Assembly: GCA_045598145.1 (NCBI GenBank)
Contig: JAZLLM010000031.1
Coordinates: 1 to 63,053, forward strand
Reading direction: 5' to 3'
From: Bacilli bacterium
GTDB taxonomy: Bacteria; Bacillota_I; Bacilli_A; ML615J-28; CAG-698
DNA length: 63,053 nt
How positions within the stretch are numbered: the first letter of the stretch is position 1; each line of letters starts with the position of its first letter. The position numbers and the translations under genes are program-made. Positions 21,283 to 32,924 of the stretch are shown piece after piece. A model generated the notes under the pieces. It saw only the letters and a program-made list of their open reading frames with translations, was not told the DNA's origin and ran no database searches.

Positions 21283-21840
21283 ATGTTTGATTTTATAAAA
21301 GGTAAAGTAGCATATATAAGTGCTAAAAATATTGTGTTAGAAAATAATGATTTAGGTTACATTATTCATACTTCTAATCCATATTCTTATAAGGTAGGAG
21401 ACACTATTACAGTATTTACTTATGCATATATTAGGGAAGATACATTTGATTTATATGGCTTTATTACAAGAGAAGAAAGAGACCTATTTATAAAATTAAT
21501 CTCAGTGAAAGGAATCGGACCAAAAGGTGCTTTAGCTATACTTGCAAGTGGTGAAATAAATGAATTAGAAAATGCAATTATGCAAGGTGACGCTAAATAC
21601 TTACAAAAATTCCCTGGCATTGGCGTTAAAGCTAGTGGGCAAATCATTCTAGATTTGAAAGGTAAAATTATTAGTACAAATGAAGTTAGTGCTAACCCTA
21701 AACTTGAAAATGTAAAGGAAGCTTTAAGAAGTTTAGGATATTCAAATACTGAACTTAAAAAGCTTGATAAGTTTTTACTTGATAATGTTGAATTATCAAT
21801 TGAAGAATTAATCAAGATATCACTAAAAAAGATGTTATAG
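21283..21840 (+). CDS. ruvA: Holliday junction branch migration protein RuvA
   Basis: LYGF...LISVKGIGPKGAL and PGIGVKAS HhH motifs. Confidence 0.96.
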   Translation: MFDFIKGKVAYISAKNIVLENNDLGYIIHTSNPYSYKVGDTITVFTYAYIREDTFDLYGFITREERDLFIKLISVKGIGPKGALAILASGEINELENAIMQGDAKYLQKFPGIGVKASGQIILDLKGKIISTNEVSANPKLENVKEALRSLGYSNTELKKLDKFLLDNVELSIEELIKISLKKML

Positions 21841-21849
21841 GAGAGTATA

Positions 21850-22887
21850 ATGGCAAATATCAACTCAAGAGATATTCAAGAAGAAGATTTACTTTTTGAA
21901 GAAAGTGATAAAAGTTTAAGACCTTTGAAATTAAGTGAATACGTTGGCCAAGAAAACTTAAAAGAAATGCTGAATGTATTTATTAAAACTGCAATACAAA
22001 GAGAAGAAACTTTAGATCATGTTTTATTATATGGTCCTCCAGGATTAGGTAAAACAACACTTGCAAATATTATTGCTAATGAAATGGGAGCAAACTTCAA
22101 ACAAGTAACAGCACCATCTATTACTAGAACTGGTGATTTAGCTGCTATTTTGTCTTCATTAGAAGCTGGTGATGTATTATTTATTGATGAAATTCATAGA
22201 CTTCCAAAAATAGTTGAAGAGGTATTATATTCAGCTATGGAAGACTATTCAATTGATATTGTTGTGGGAAAAGATAGTTCAGCACAAACTATTAAGATAG
22301 AACTTCCACCATTTACTTTAATTGGTGCTACAACTAGATGTGGTGATATATCTAGTCCACTTAGAGATAGATTTGGTATTATCAATCAATTAAATTATTA
22401 TACAGTTGATGAATTAAAACAAATCGTTAATAGAACCGCAAAAGTGTTTAATAAGCAAATTGAAGAAAGTGCCGCATTAGAAATTGCAAGAAGAAGTAGA
22501 GGTACTCCAAGAGTAGCTAATAGATTATTTAGAAGAGTTAGAGACTTCTCACAATTTATAGGTGAAGAAGAAAAGATTGGTTTTGATATAACTAAAAAAT
22601 CTTTAACTAAATTAAATATTGATGACGATGGTTTAAATGAAACTGACCATAGATTCTTAAGAACTATTATTGAAAAATTCAAGGGCGGACCAGTTGGCTT
22701 GTCATCAGTAGCTGCATCTATTGGTGAAGAAATAAATACATTAGAGGATGTATATGAACCATATTTACTTCAAGAAGGTTTTATTGTAAGAACTCCAAGA
22801 GGTAGAATGGTAACAGAAAAAGCATATAAAAATTTAGGAATTAGTAAGAATGAAAAAAATAAGCAAATGAGCTTATGGGATGAATAG
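21850..22887 (+). CDS. ruvB: Holliday junction helicase RuvB
   Basis: [33 protein letters not shown]. Confidence 0.97.
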   Translation: MANINSRDIQEEDLLFEESDKSLRPLKLSEYVGQENLKEMLNVFIKTAIQREETLDHVLLYGPPGLGKTTLANIIANEMGANFKQVTAPSITRTGDLAAILSSLEAGDVLFIDEIHRLPKIVEEVLYSAMEDYSIDIVVGKDSSAQTIKIELPPFTLIGATTRCGDISSPLRDRFGIINQLNYYTVDELKQIVNRTAKVFNKQIEESAALEIARRSRGTPRVANRLFRRVRDFSQFIGEEEKIGFDITKKSLTKLNIDDDGLNETDHRFLRTIIEKFKGGPVGLSSVAASIGEEINTLEDVYEPYLLQEGFIVRTPRGRMVTEKAYKNLGISKNEKNKQMSLWDE

Positions 22888-22889
22888 GA

Positions 22890-23912
22890 ATGGATGTTAA
22901 AGAATTTGATTATTTCTTGCCTAATGAATTAATAGCTCAAACACCACTAGATAAAAGAAGTGATTCTAGGTTATTAGTATTAGACAAAAAAACAGGAAAA
23001 TATGAAGATAAACATTTTTATGACATTATAGATTATTTAAACGAAAATGATGTATTAGTTTTAAATAATACAAAAGTAATGCCATCAAGAATATATGGAA
23101 GAAAAGTAGATACAGATGCTCATATTGAGTTTTTATTACTTAAAGAAACTTCAAAGGATGTATATGAATGCTTAGTAAAACCAGCTAGAAGAATTAGTGT
23201 TGGTACTAAAATTAATTTTGGTAATATCTTAGAAGGCGAAGTAATAGAAAAGGCGGATGAAGGCTTAGCTAAAATAAAATTTATCTATGAAGGTATCTTT
23301 ATTGAAAAGCTAGAAGCATTAGGTGAAATGCCACTTCCGCCATATATTCATGAAAAGCTAAAAGATCAATCTAGATATCAAACAGTATATGCAAGTGAAT
23401 TAGGTAGTGCTGCTGCACCAACTGCAGGACTTCATTTCACAAAAGAATTACTTAAGAAGATAGAAGAAAAAGGTGTTAAAATATTATATGTTACTTTACA
23501 TGTTGGACTAGGTACATTTAGACCAATGAGTACAGAAACGGTTGAAGAGCACCATATGCATAGTGAATGGTATCATATGGATAAAGAAGTAGCTGATTAT
23601 TTAAATCAAGCAAAAAAAGAAAAGAAAAGAATTATTGCGGTAGGTACTACAAGTACAAGAACTTTAGAATCAATAATGAGTAAGTATAATGAATTTAGGG
23701 AAGTAAGTGAGGATACTAATATCTTTATTTATCCTGGTTATGAATATAAAGCAATTGATGCTTTAATTACTAATTTCCACTTACCTAAGTCAACTTTAGT
23801 TATGCTTGTAAGTGCTTTAGCTGGAAAAGAAAATATTATGAATGCATATAGTCATGCAATAGAAGAAAAATATCGTTTCTTTTCATTTGGCGATGCAATG
23901 TTTATAAAATAA
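22890..23912 (+). CDS. queA: tRNA preQ1(34) SAM ribosyltransferase-isomerase
   Basis: [40 protein letters not shown]. Confidence 0.97.
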   Translation: MDVKEFDYFLPNELIAQTPLDKRSDSRLLVLDKKTGKYEDKHFYDIIDYLNENDVLVLNNTKVMPSRIYGRKVDTDAHIEFLLLKETSKDVYECLVKPARRISVGTKINFGNILEGEVIEKADEGLAKIKFIYEGIFIEKLEALGEMPLPPYIHEKLKDQSRYQTVYASELGSAAAPTAGLHFTKELLKKIEEKGVKILYVTLHVGLGTFRPMSTETVEEHHMHSEWYHMDKEVADYLNQAKKEKKRIIAVGTTSTRTLESIMSKYNEFREVSEDTNIFIYPGYEYKAIDALITNFHLPKSTLVMLVSALAGKENIMNAYSHAIEEKYRFFSFGDAMFIK

Positions 23913-23919
23913 ATTATAG

Positions 23920-25059
<1,140 letters not shown>

Positions 25060-25060
25060 T

Positions 25061-25909
25061 ATGAAAAAGATAGTATTGTGCTTTTTATTTATCTTTTTAT
25101 TTTCCTTTGTGGCATGCGATTTAAATGATACTGTACCAAATGAAAATAAAATTAAATTAGATATAACTGAAAACTTTAAAGAATATATAAAGCTAGATGA
25201 AATTCCATCTTTTGTTTTTGAATTTGAAGGTAATTTAAATACAATTAAAAATGTAACTAAACCTTATTATACTGTATTTAGAGATAATGAAGATATTATC
25301 TTAAGTGATGCTATTGCAAAAATATTTGAAGAATATAAGGATTCAATATATTTTGAAGTTGTTAATGAAGATAAGGTAAGTAATAGAAAATTTACCACAA
25401 TTGAAAATGGTAAAGTTAAAAATATTAATATGCCATGCGATAATGAAACAGTATATGATGAAGTTGCATATATCCCACTTTCTAATGGTTTAAAACTCAC
25501 AATGGATTATTGTAGATTCGAAAGCGAAGGTAAAACATATTATACTTGGAGATATAGTAGATCAATTGCTTTCTATTTATATTACCCACTTATGAGGGTA
25601 GATAATAAAGGTAGTAATGAGCTTGTAATTCTTACTTTACCAAATAGAATTAATTTACATGTTGGTCCAGATTTAAGACTTTCTAATATTTTGACTAAAG
25701 ATGAATATTTAAGTGATACATATTACACATTTGATTACTTAGATGGTGATGATTTAGAAGTAAAGAAGAATTATGTTTTAGATTATTATAAAGACTATAA
25801 TTTAGTTAAAATAGATGATAATAATTACAGTTTTGAATATTTAAATAATAAATTTAAACTTACACTTACTGATGCTAACTTTAAAATTTATTTTCTAGAA
25901 AGACTATAA
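25061..25909 (+). CDS. hypothetical lipoprotein
   Basis: MKK, hydrophobic core and FVAC lipobox. Confidence 0.7.
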   Translation: MKKIVLCFLFIFLFSFVACDLNDTVPNENKIKLDITENFKEYIKLDEIPSFVFEFEGNLNTIKNVTKPYYTVFRDNEDIILSDAIAKIFEEYKDSIYFEVVNEDKVSNRKFTTIENGKVKNINMPCDNETVYDEVAYIPLSNGLKLTMDYCRFESEGKTYYTWRYSRSIAFYLYYPLMRVDNKGSNELVILTLPNRINLHVGPDLRLSNILTKDEYLSDTYYTFDYLDGDDLEVKKNYVLDYYKDYNLVKIDDNNYSFEYLNNKFKLTLTDANFKIYFLERL

Positions 25910-25911
25910 TT

Positions 25912-26598
25912 ATGAGTAAAATTATTGGTTTAGAAAAATTTTCCTTAGTAGATTATGAAGGAAAAATGGCTTGTACTATTTTCTTTAGTAAATGCAATTT
26001 TAGATGTCCTTTTTGTCACAACTCTCACTTAATTGATGAATGTGGTGATGAATACACCTTAGATGAAATTTATGATTTTTTAAATAGTAGAAAGAATAAA
26101 TTAGAAGCTGTAGTTATAAGTGGTGGTGAGCCAACATTATATGAAGGTTTAGAAGAATTTATTGATAATATTAAAAATATGGGTTATCTAATTAAATTAG
26201 ATACTAATGGTAGTAAACCAGATGCATTAAATACTATTATTAAAAAGATAGATTATATAGCTATGGATATAAAGAATGATGATGCTAATTATTTTAAAAC
26301 AATAGGAATTAGCAATGAAAAATATTTAGATAATGTTCATAAATCTATTGAATTAATAATGAATAGCGGAATAAAATATGAATTTAGGACTACCTTAGTT
26401 AATGAGTTCCATACAGAAGAATCAATTAAAAATTTAGGTGCAATGATTAAAGGTGCAGACAAATTATATTTACAAAAATTCTTTGATAGAGAGACTTGTA
26501 TTATGCGTGACTTGCATGAAGTAAGTAAAGAGGACGCTTTAAAATATAAAGATTTCTTAAAAGATTATGTAAAAAGTGTTGAACTAAGATCGTATTAA
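25912..26598 (+). CDS. nrdG: anaerobic ribonucleoside-triphosphate reductase activating protein (radical SAM)
   Basis: SLVDYEGK, CNFRCPFCHN, ISGGEPTL, KLDTNGS, YEFRTT. Confidence 0.82.
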   Translation: MSKIIGLEKFSLVDYEGKMACTIFFSKCNFRCPFCHNSHLIDECGDEYTLDEIYDFLNSRKNKLEAVVISGGEPTLYEGLEEFIDNIKNMGYLIKLDTNGSKPDALNTIIKKIDYIAMDIKNDDANYFKTIGISNEKYLDNVHKSIELIMNSGIKYEFRTTLVNEFHTEESIKNLGAMIKGADKLYLQKFFDRETCIMRDLHEVSKEDALKYKDFLKDYVKSVELRSY

Positions 26599-26658
26599 CA
26601 AAATTACTTTACTATTGTTAACTTTCATGCTATAATATAAATATAGAGAGAATATATT

Positions 26659-26916
26659 ATGGCTAAAGAAGTAAAAATAATTAGTGAAGAAGAAATCATT
26701 GAAAGACTTAAATGCTTAATGGATAATAAGCAAAAGATTCATATAACTATTGATACAGGTAGAAGAAGAATTGATAATGCAGAATGTGTGATTGTTGGTT
26801 TATATAATCATTTTTTAATTGTGGAAACAATGGTAAAACATTACAAGGAAACATTAACTTTTAAAATAGTTGATATAAAAATTGGATATGTAAAAATATT
26901 GGAATTAGGATTATAA
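26659..26916 (+). CDS. veg: Veg-family protein
   Basis: 85 aa; 'GRRR...IVGLYNHFLIVE...TF...DI' pattern; own extended -10 (TGcTATAAT) upstream. Confidence 0.65.
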   Translation: MAKEVKIISEEEIIERLKCLMDNKQKIHITIDTGRRRIDNAECVIVGLYNHFLIVETMVKHYKETLTFKIVDIKIGYVKILELGL

Positions 26917-26933
26917 TCTTAATTCCTTTTTTT
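26901..26933 (+). terminator. terminator after veg
   Basis: GGAATTAGGATT-at-AATCTTAATTCC followed by T7. Confidence 0.75.
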
Positions 26934-27043
26934 GCATAGGAAATATTCGCTTAATTATAAATAATATATTCGTATATGTAAAATATATTTTTGTTAGAAA
27001 TTATTTCTTTTTATCTTACAAGTTTCAAAAGTTTAAAATATCG

Positions 27044-27072
27044 TTGCTTTTTGTAAAATTTTCTTGTATAAT
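27044..27072 (+). promoter_or_regulatory. sigma-A promoter of the ABC/nuclease operon
   Basis: TTGCTT-17 nt-TATAAT. Confidence 0.6.
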
Positions 27073-27093
27073 ATATATGGTTAATAATACACT

Positions 27094-27111
27094 TATAACA
27101 ATATTGTTATA
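27094..27111. promoter_or_regulatory. 18-bp perfect palindrome, candidate operator
   Basis: TATAACAATATTGTTATA lies between the -10 box and the GGAGG RBS. Confidence 0.45.
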
Positions 27112-27128
27112 TTGCTATGGAGGTTTAT

Positions 27129-27548
27129 ATGAAAATTATTAATATGACAAAAAACATAACATCATTATTGGGATCATTATTAATTGTTTTAGCTGGTTTG
27201 GTGTTTGTTATTGTGACCGACCTTAAAATTAGAATTGGCTCTGGATGGTTGTTTTTTGCTATAATCTTCTCATTCGGAAGTGGTTTATTATTTTTATTAG
27301 CTGAAAGCTTTAAACATAAACCAACGGCTTTCTATTGTATGAAGTCAGGAGGGTTCTTGTTATCAGTTGGATATATTGTTTTTGGTTTTGTTTTTAAAAA
27401 TTCTGAATTCTGTAAGAATATAAAATTTGAATATGAATCTACTAGAGATTTTATCACAATCTTCACAATAATATTTGCTATTATATGTTGTGTTGTACAA
27501 TTAGCAAATTTAGTTATTAATATTATCTTTAAAGTTGAAGATATTTAG
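27129..27548 (+). CDS. hypothetical 4-TM membrane protein
   Basis: Four hydrophobic segments; GGAGG at 27119-27123 supports ATG 27129. Confidence 0.75.
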   Translation: MKIINMTKNITSLLGSLLIVLAGLVFVIVTDLKIRIGSGWLFFAIIFSFGSGLLFLLAESFKHKPTAFYCMKSGGFLLSVGYIVFGFVFKNSEFCKNIKFEYESTRDFITIFTIIFAIICCVVQLANLVINIIFKVEDI

Positions 27549-27558
27549 GTAGCGATTG

Positions 27559-28317
27559 ATGTTTGATATACAAAAGGCAAGTTTATGGAAGAGAATGTCA
27601 GCTTTCCTGTTTGATTTCATAGTGCTACTTATATTAGCGGTTGGTTCAGCGTTGTTGGTATCAGCAATTACAAAATATGATAAACACGTTGACGAACTTC
27701 AAGAGCGCTATGATTATTATTCATCAACATATGGAGTGTCATTCGATATTTCAAGCGAAGATATAGAAAAATTAGATGAAGAGGAAAAAGCTAAATATGA
27801 AGCAGCCTCAGAAGCTATAAACGAAGATAATGAATTTAAAAGAAATTATTCATTAGTGATAAATCTTACTATAGTTATAACTAGCATAGGATTACTAATG
27901 GGTACTTTGATTGTTGAATTCATTGTTCCCATTTTTTTGCATAATGGGCAAACAATTGGTAAAAAGTGCTTTGGACTAGGAGTTGTAAAACAAAACTGTG
28001 TTAAGATAAGCAATATCCAATTATTTGTAAGAACTATTTTAGGAAAATACACAATTGAAATTATGATTCCCGCAATCCTAATTTTGATGTTTATATTAGG
28101 TAAATTAAGTGGTTTTGGAGTTTTATTATTTATTGGTCTTTCAATATTCCAAATTATATTGATTTTCTTTACAAGATTTAAAACACCAATTCATGATATA
28201 TTTGCATTCACAGTAGTGGTTGATATGCCAAGTCAAATGATTTATGATAACGAAGAGGAATTGATTAAAGCAAAGAATAATGTTCATTCCAAATTGGTAT
28301 CAAAAGAAACTTACTAG
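27559..28317 (+). CDS. RDD-family membrane protein
   Basis: ASLWKRMSAFLFD, GQTIGKKCFGLGVV and IHDIFAFTVVV motifs. Confidence 0.88.
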   Translation: MFDIQKASLWKRMSAFLFDFIVLLILAVGSALLVSAITKYDKHVDELQERYDYYSSTYGVSFDISSEDIEKLDEEEKAKYEAASEAINEDNEFKRNYSLVINLTIVITSIGLLMGTLIVEFIVPIFLHNGQTIGKKCFGLGVVKQNCVKISNIQLFVRTILGKYTIEIMIPAILILMFILGKLSGFGVLLFIGLSIFQIILIFFTRFKTPIHDIFAFTVVVDMPSQMIYDNEEELIKAKNNVHSKLVSKETY

Positions 28318-28340
28318 ATAAAACGAAAGGATAAAAAAAT

Positions 28341-29459
28341 ATGAAAGTAGTTTTAGAAAACTTAACAAAAATCTTTCCAAGTAGAAATAAGGATGGTAAA
28401 GAAGTTCATGCTGTTAGTGATTTTACATTTGAAATTCCAGATGGAAAATTAATTGGTTTATTAGGACCTTCAGGATGTGGTAAGAGTACAACTCTATATA
28501 TGATTAGTGGTCTACAAAAACCAACATCAGGAAAAATTTATTTTGGTGATGATGATGTAACTGAGCTTACTCCAGAAAACAGAGGAGTTGGATTAGTGTT
28601 CCAAAATTATGCATTATATCCACATATGACAGTTAAACAAAATATCTTATTCCCACTTCAAAATTTAAAGGGTGAAGATAAATTACCAAAAGATATAATG
28701 ATTGAAAGAGCTTATGAAGCTGCAAGATTAGTGCAAATTGATGAATTGATGGATCGTAGACCTAGTGAGTTATCTGGTGGTCAACAACAACGTGTTGCTA
28801 TTGCGAGAGCTTTAGTAAAGATGCCTAGAGTATTATTACTTGACGAACCACTATCTAACCTAGATGCTAGATTAAGACTTCAAACAAGAGAAGAAATCAA
28901 AAGAATTCAAAGAGAGACTGGTATTACAACAATATTTGTAACACATGACCAAGAAGAAGCAATGAGTATCTCTGATATGATTGTAGTTATGAAATTAGGT
29001 GTTGTTCAACAAATTGGTAAACCTCAAGAAGTTTATGAAAGCCCAGTTAACTTGTTTGTAGCTAAGTTCTTAGGTACACCTCCAATCAACGTATTTGAAG
29101 GTAAAGTAGAAAACGGAATGATTTACATTGGTGAAGATGCAGTAATTCAAGCAAATGGTATTGCTGATCAACCAGTATATGTAGGAATTAGACCAGAAGG
29201 ATTTATCTTAAATCCAAATGGAAAATTAAATAATGAATTAAGCAACGTTGAAGTTATGGGTAGAGACGTATCAATTGTTAGTACTAACCCTGCATCATTA
29301 AATCCAATTATTAGATCAATAATTGATGCAGATCAAGGTAAGACACTTGATGTAACAAACAAGACTGTTAGATTTGATGTTAAACCAAATAAGATCTTTA
29401 TCTTCAATAAAGAAACTGAAGAAAGAATTTATTTTGGTAATCAAAAACCAGGAGAATAA
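28341..29459 (+). CDS. ABC transporter ATP-binding protein (MalK/UgpC type)
   Basis: GPSGCGKST, VFQNYALYPHM, LSGGQQQR, DEPLSNLDA, C-terminal TOBE-like region. Confidence 0.95.
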   Translation: MKVVLENLTKIFPSRNKDGKEVHAVSDFTFEIPDGKLIGLLGPSGCGKSTTLYMISGLQKPTSGKIYFGDDDVTELTPENRGVGLVFQNYALYPHMTVKQNILFPLQNLKGEDKLPKDIMIERAYEAARLVQIDELMDRRPSELSGGQQQRVAIARALVKMPRVLLLDEPLSNLDARLRLQTREEIKRIQRETGITTIFVTHDQEEAMSISDMIVVMKLGVVQQIGKPQEVYESPVNLFVAKFLGTPPINVFEGKVENGMIYIGEDAVIQANGIADQPVYVGIRPEGFILNPNGKLNNELSNVEVMGRDVSIVSTNPASLNPIIRSIIDADQGKTLDVTNKTVRFDVKPNKIFIFNKETEERIYFGNQKPGE

Positions 29460-29461
29460 AA

Positions 29462-30433
29462 ATGGTTGATAGTAAACAACAATGGAAGGCGTGGCTATAT
29501 TTAGCGCCTGCAATTGTACTATTATTAATGTTTACCGTATGGCCAATATTTAATACCATTAGAATGGCATTCTTAGAAGGCTTTAATTATGCGGCGTCAA
29601 ATGGTGGTGCAACTTTCTCATTTGGTTTAGCTAACTTTTTTGGTAAGTGGGATCCGGAAATTGAAGATTGGGCAATACAAGGTGTGTTTAATTATAGTAA
29701 ATTTGGTGATTGTATTAAAAACACTTGTTTATTAACAGTTATAACAGTTCCTGTTTCCACATTCTTAGCTTTAATTATAGCTGTATGTTTGAATTCAATT
29801 AAAAGATTTAGTAAAGCATTACAAACAATTTTCTTCTTACCATATGTAACAAATTCAATTGCTATTGGTATGGTATTTGCAGCTATGTTTAATATTATCG
29901 GTTTACAAAAATCTGGTTTATGTGATACAGCTGGTATAGTTAATAATGTAATAGAATTCTTTGGTGGAAAAAGAATTAATTGGATAAATTATGGTTCATC
30001 ATACTGGGCTAATATGACAGTAATGATTATTTACATTGTATGGAATGCATTACCATTCAAAATCTTAATTTTGCTTGGCGGTCTTCAAAGTGTAAATAAA
30101 CAATATTATGATGCCGCAAAGGTTGATGGAACTAGTAGAGTAAGAACTTTCTTTAGAATTACTTGTCCTTTACTTTCTCCTATGATTATTTATGTTGTTA
30201 TAACAGGTTTCATTGGTGGATTTAAAGAATATACAAGTATTGTAGGTATTTTTGGTGAAGGTTTAGGACCTGCTGATGAAGCAAATCGTTTAATAACAAT
30301 GGTAGGTTTCATTTACAGAGATATAGGAAATCATGAAGGAAGAGCAAGTGCAGCTGCATTAGTTTTATTCTTTATTATTTTAGCGGTAACACTTCTTAAC
30401 TTGTACGTAAGCAAGAAGAAAGTACAATATTAG
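29462..30433 (+). CDS. CUT1 ABC transporter permease (UgpA/MalF type)
   Basis: Multiple TM segments; EAA loop YYDAAKVDG. Confidence 0.92.
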   Translation: MVDSKQQWKAWLYLAPAIVLLLMFTVWPIFNTIRMAFLEGFNYAASNGGATFSFGLANFFGKWDPEIEDWAIQGVFNYSKFGDCIKNTCLLTVITVPVSTFLALIIAVCLNSIKRFSKALQTIFFLPYVTNSIAIGMVFAAMFNIIGLQKSGLCDTAGIVNNVIEFFGGKRINWINYGSSYWANMTVMIIYIVWNALPFKILILLGGLQSVNKQYYDAAKVDGTSRVRTFFRITCPLLSPMIIYVVITGFIGGFKEYTSIVGIFGEGLGPADEANRLITMVGFIYRDIGNHEGRASAAALVLFFIILAVTLLNLYVSKKKVQY

Positions 30434-30444
30434 GAGGTAAAATT

Positions 30445-31341
30445 ATGGCTAAAGAAATTAATGCAACTATGGTTGAAAAAGATATGCAAAAGGTAACTGC
30501 TAGACAAAGAGTAGTTAAAATTTGCATACAAGTATTGTTATATTTGTTCTTAGGAATAATGGCTGTAATTATTTTATTCCCATTCTATTGGATGATAATT
30601 TCATCATTAAAGACAGTGGATGAATACTTCTTAAATATTCCAACATTATGGCCTAAGGAAATAAAATTCATGAACTATGTAAATGCATTTAATACTGCTA
30701 ATTTAGGAACATTGTTTGTAAATACAATGTATGTAGGTATTGTATCCACAATCCTATCTTTAGTAATTACCGTATTATCTGCTTTCGCATTTGCAAGATT
30801 AGAATTCAAAGGTAAAAACATTATGTTTGCTGGTTTACTTGCAACTATGATGATTCCTGGTGAATTGTTTACAATTACAAATTATGTAACTGTTTCTAAA
30901 CTAGGATGGAATAATTCATTCTTTGTATTGATATTCCCATTCTTAGTTAGTGTATTTTACATTTATTTGCTTAGACAAAACTTTTTACAAATTCCAGATG
31001 AACTTTATTATGCAGCTAAAGTTGATGGAACTAGTGATATAAAATATTTATGGAAAGTAATGGTTCCTTTGTCACTACCAACCTTAATATCTATTACGAT
31101 ATTAAAGATGATGGGTGCTTGGAACTCATACATTTGGCCAAGATTGGTTGCTAATGATCAGGCGCATAGAATGATTACTAATGGTCTTAGAAATGCTTTT
31201 ACTGAAGTTTCAGGAAATCGTACAGATGTACCATTACAAATGGCAGCTATTGCTATAGTTTCATTTCCACTATTCTTAGTATATGTTTTCTTAAGAAAAT
31301 ATATTATGAAGGGTGTAAGTAGAAGCGGTATTAAAGGATAA
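30445..31341 (+). CDS. CUT1 ABC transporter permease (UgpE/MalG type)
   Basis: FPFYWMIISSLKT, IPDELYYAAKVDG, WNSYIWP. Confidence 0.92.
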   Translation: MAKEINATMVEKDMQKVTARQRVVKICIQVLLYLFLGIMAVIILFPFYWMIISSLKTVDEYFLNIPTLWPKEIKFMNYVNAFNTANLGTLFVNTMYVGIVSTILSLVITVLSAFAFARLEFKGKNIMFAGLLATMMIPGELFTITNYVTVSKLGWNNSFFVLIFPFLVSVFYIYLLRQNFLQIPDELYYAAKVDGTSDIKYLWKVMVPLSLPTLISITILKMMGAWNSYIWPRLVANDQAHRMITNGLRNAFTEVSGNRTDVPLQMAAIAIVSFPLFLVYVFLRKYIMKGVSRSGIKG

Positions 31342-31377
31342 AAATTAAAAATAAAAATAGATTAAATAGGAGGAAAG

Positions 31378-32898
31378 ATGAAAAAATTTAGTTTAAGTTT
31401 TATTTTAATCTTAGTTATGTTTGTAACTTTTGGTTTAACTGCATGTACAGGACCAAGCCAAGGTGATGGATCTTACATTACTGTTGAAGAAATGATTGAA
31501 AATGCTTCAAAATTAAGTTATCAATCTCAAAGCCAAGAACAAGTTGAAAAGGGAACTCCTAACTTCAATGTTCCTGATGGTGGATATGATGGAAGTAAAG
31601 TAACAATTAAGTTCTATCATACAATGGGCTCTAACTTAAGAGACGTTTTAACTGCTTATATTGCTGATTTCAATGAATTATATCCAAACATCGCAATCGA
31701 AGAAGAACAAGTTGGTTCTTATGATGATGTTAGAAATCAAGTAAGTACTGAAATTACTGTTGGTGGACAACCTAACATTGCATATTGTTATCCAGACCAT
31801 GTTGCATTATATAACTTAGCAGGTGCTGTTGCAACTTTAGATAGTTTAATTGATAGTACTGCTACTGTTACACGTGCTGATGGTTCAACTGAAGTTTTAG
31901 GTTTAACTGCTGATCAAAAAGCTGACTTCATTGAAGGTTATTATTCAGAAGGTCAACAATTTGGTGATGGCTTAATGTATACTATGCCATTCTCTAAATC
32001 AACTGAAGTTTTATATTACAATAAGACATTCTTTGATGCTAACAATATTCCAGTTCCAGATCATTGGTTTACTACTGATGAAAATGATAAGACTTCTATG
32101 GAAGCTGTATGTAAAGCTATTAAAGCTATTGATCCTACATGTATTCCACTAGGATATGACTCAGAAGCTAACTGGTTCATCACAATGTGCGAACAATGTG
32201 GTTCTGCATATACAAGTGCTACTGGTAAACATTATTTATTCAATAATGCTACTAATAGAACATTCATTAAGATCTTTAGAGATTGGTTCCAACAAGACTT
32301 AATCACTACTCAAAAATTATATGGTGCTTATACATCTGGTTTATTTGTAGCTGAAACAGGAACTAAATCATATATGAGCATTGGTTCAAGTGCTGGTGCT
32401 ACACATCAAAGACCTTCTAAGGTTGATGGTGCTTATCCATTTGAAGTAGGAATTGCATCAATTCCTCAAATGAGCAAAACTTATAGTAGAGTTATTTCTC
32501 AAGGACCAAGTGTATGTATCTTTAAGAAAGACAACCCACAAGAAGTTATTGCTTCATGGTTATTCGTTAAATTCTTAACTACATCAGTAGAATTCCAAGC
32601 TGAATTCTCAATGGCTTCTGGATATGTTCCAGTATTAAAGAGTGTTGCAACTAATGAAATCTATGCTGACTTCATTAATAATGCTGATGGTTATGATTAT
32701 ATCGCTGCATTAAGTGCTAAAGTTTGCTTAGAACAAGAAAAAGCATACTACACTTCTCCAGCATTCAATGGTTCTTCAACTGCTCGTGATCAAGTAGGCT
32801 TATTATTATCAGCTGCTTTATCAAGAGAAGGCGATACAGATAAAGTTATTAAAGATGTATTCGCTGAAGCTTTAGAAGAATGTAATTTTGCAAATTAA
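31378..32898 (+). CDS. ABC transporter substrate-binding lipoprotein (UgpB-like)
   Basis: Lipobox LTAC; IKFYHTMG, MPFSKSTEVLYYNK, WLFVKFLT and SGYVPV motifs. Confidence 0.9.
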   Translation: MKKFSLSFILILVMFVTFGLTACTGPSQGDGSYITVEEMIENASKLSYQSQSQEQVEKGTPNFNVPDGGYDGSKVTIKFYHTMGSNLRDVLTAYIADFNELYPNIAIEEEQVGSYDDVRNQVSTEITVGGQPNIAYCYPDHVALYNLAGAVATLDSLIDSTATVTRADGSTEVLGLTADQKADFIEGYYSEGQQFGDGLMYTMPFSKSTEVLYYNKTFFDANNIPVPDHWFTTDENDKTSMEAVCKAIKAIDPTCIPLGYDSEANWFITMCEQCGSAYTSATGKHYLFNNATNRTFIKIFRDWFQQDLITTQKLYGAYTSGLFVAETGTKSYMSIGSSAGATHQRPSKVDGAYPFEVGIASIPQMSKTYSRVISQGPSVCIFKKDNPQEVIASWLFVKFLTTSVEFQAEFSMASGYVPVLKSVATNEIYADFINNADGYDYIAALSAKVCLEQEKAYYTSPAFNGSSTARDQVGLLLSAALSREGDTDKVIKDVFAEALEECNFAN

Positions 32899-32924
32899 TT
32901 TATAATTATAAAAGAGAATAAAAA

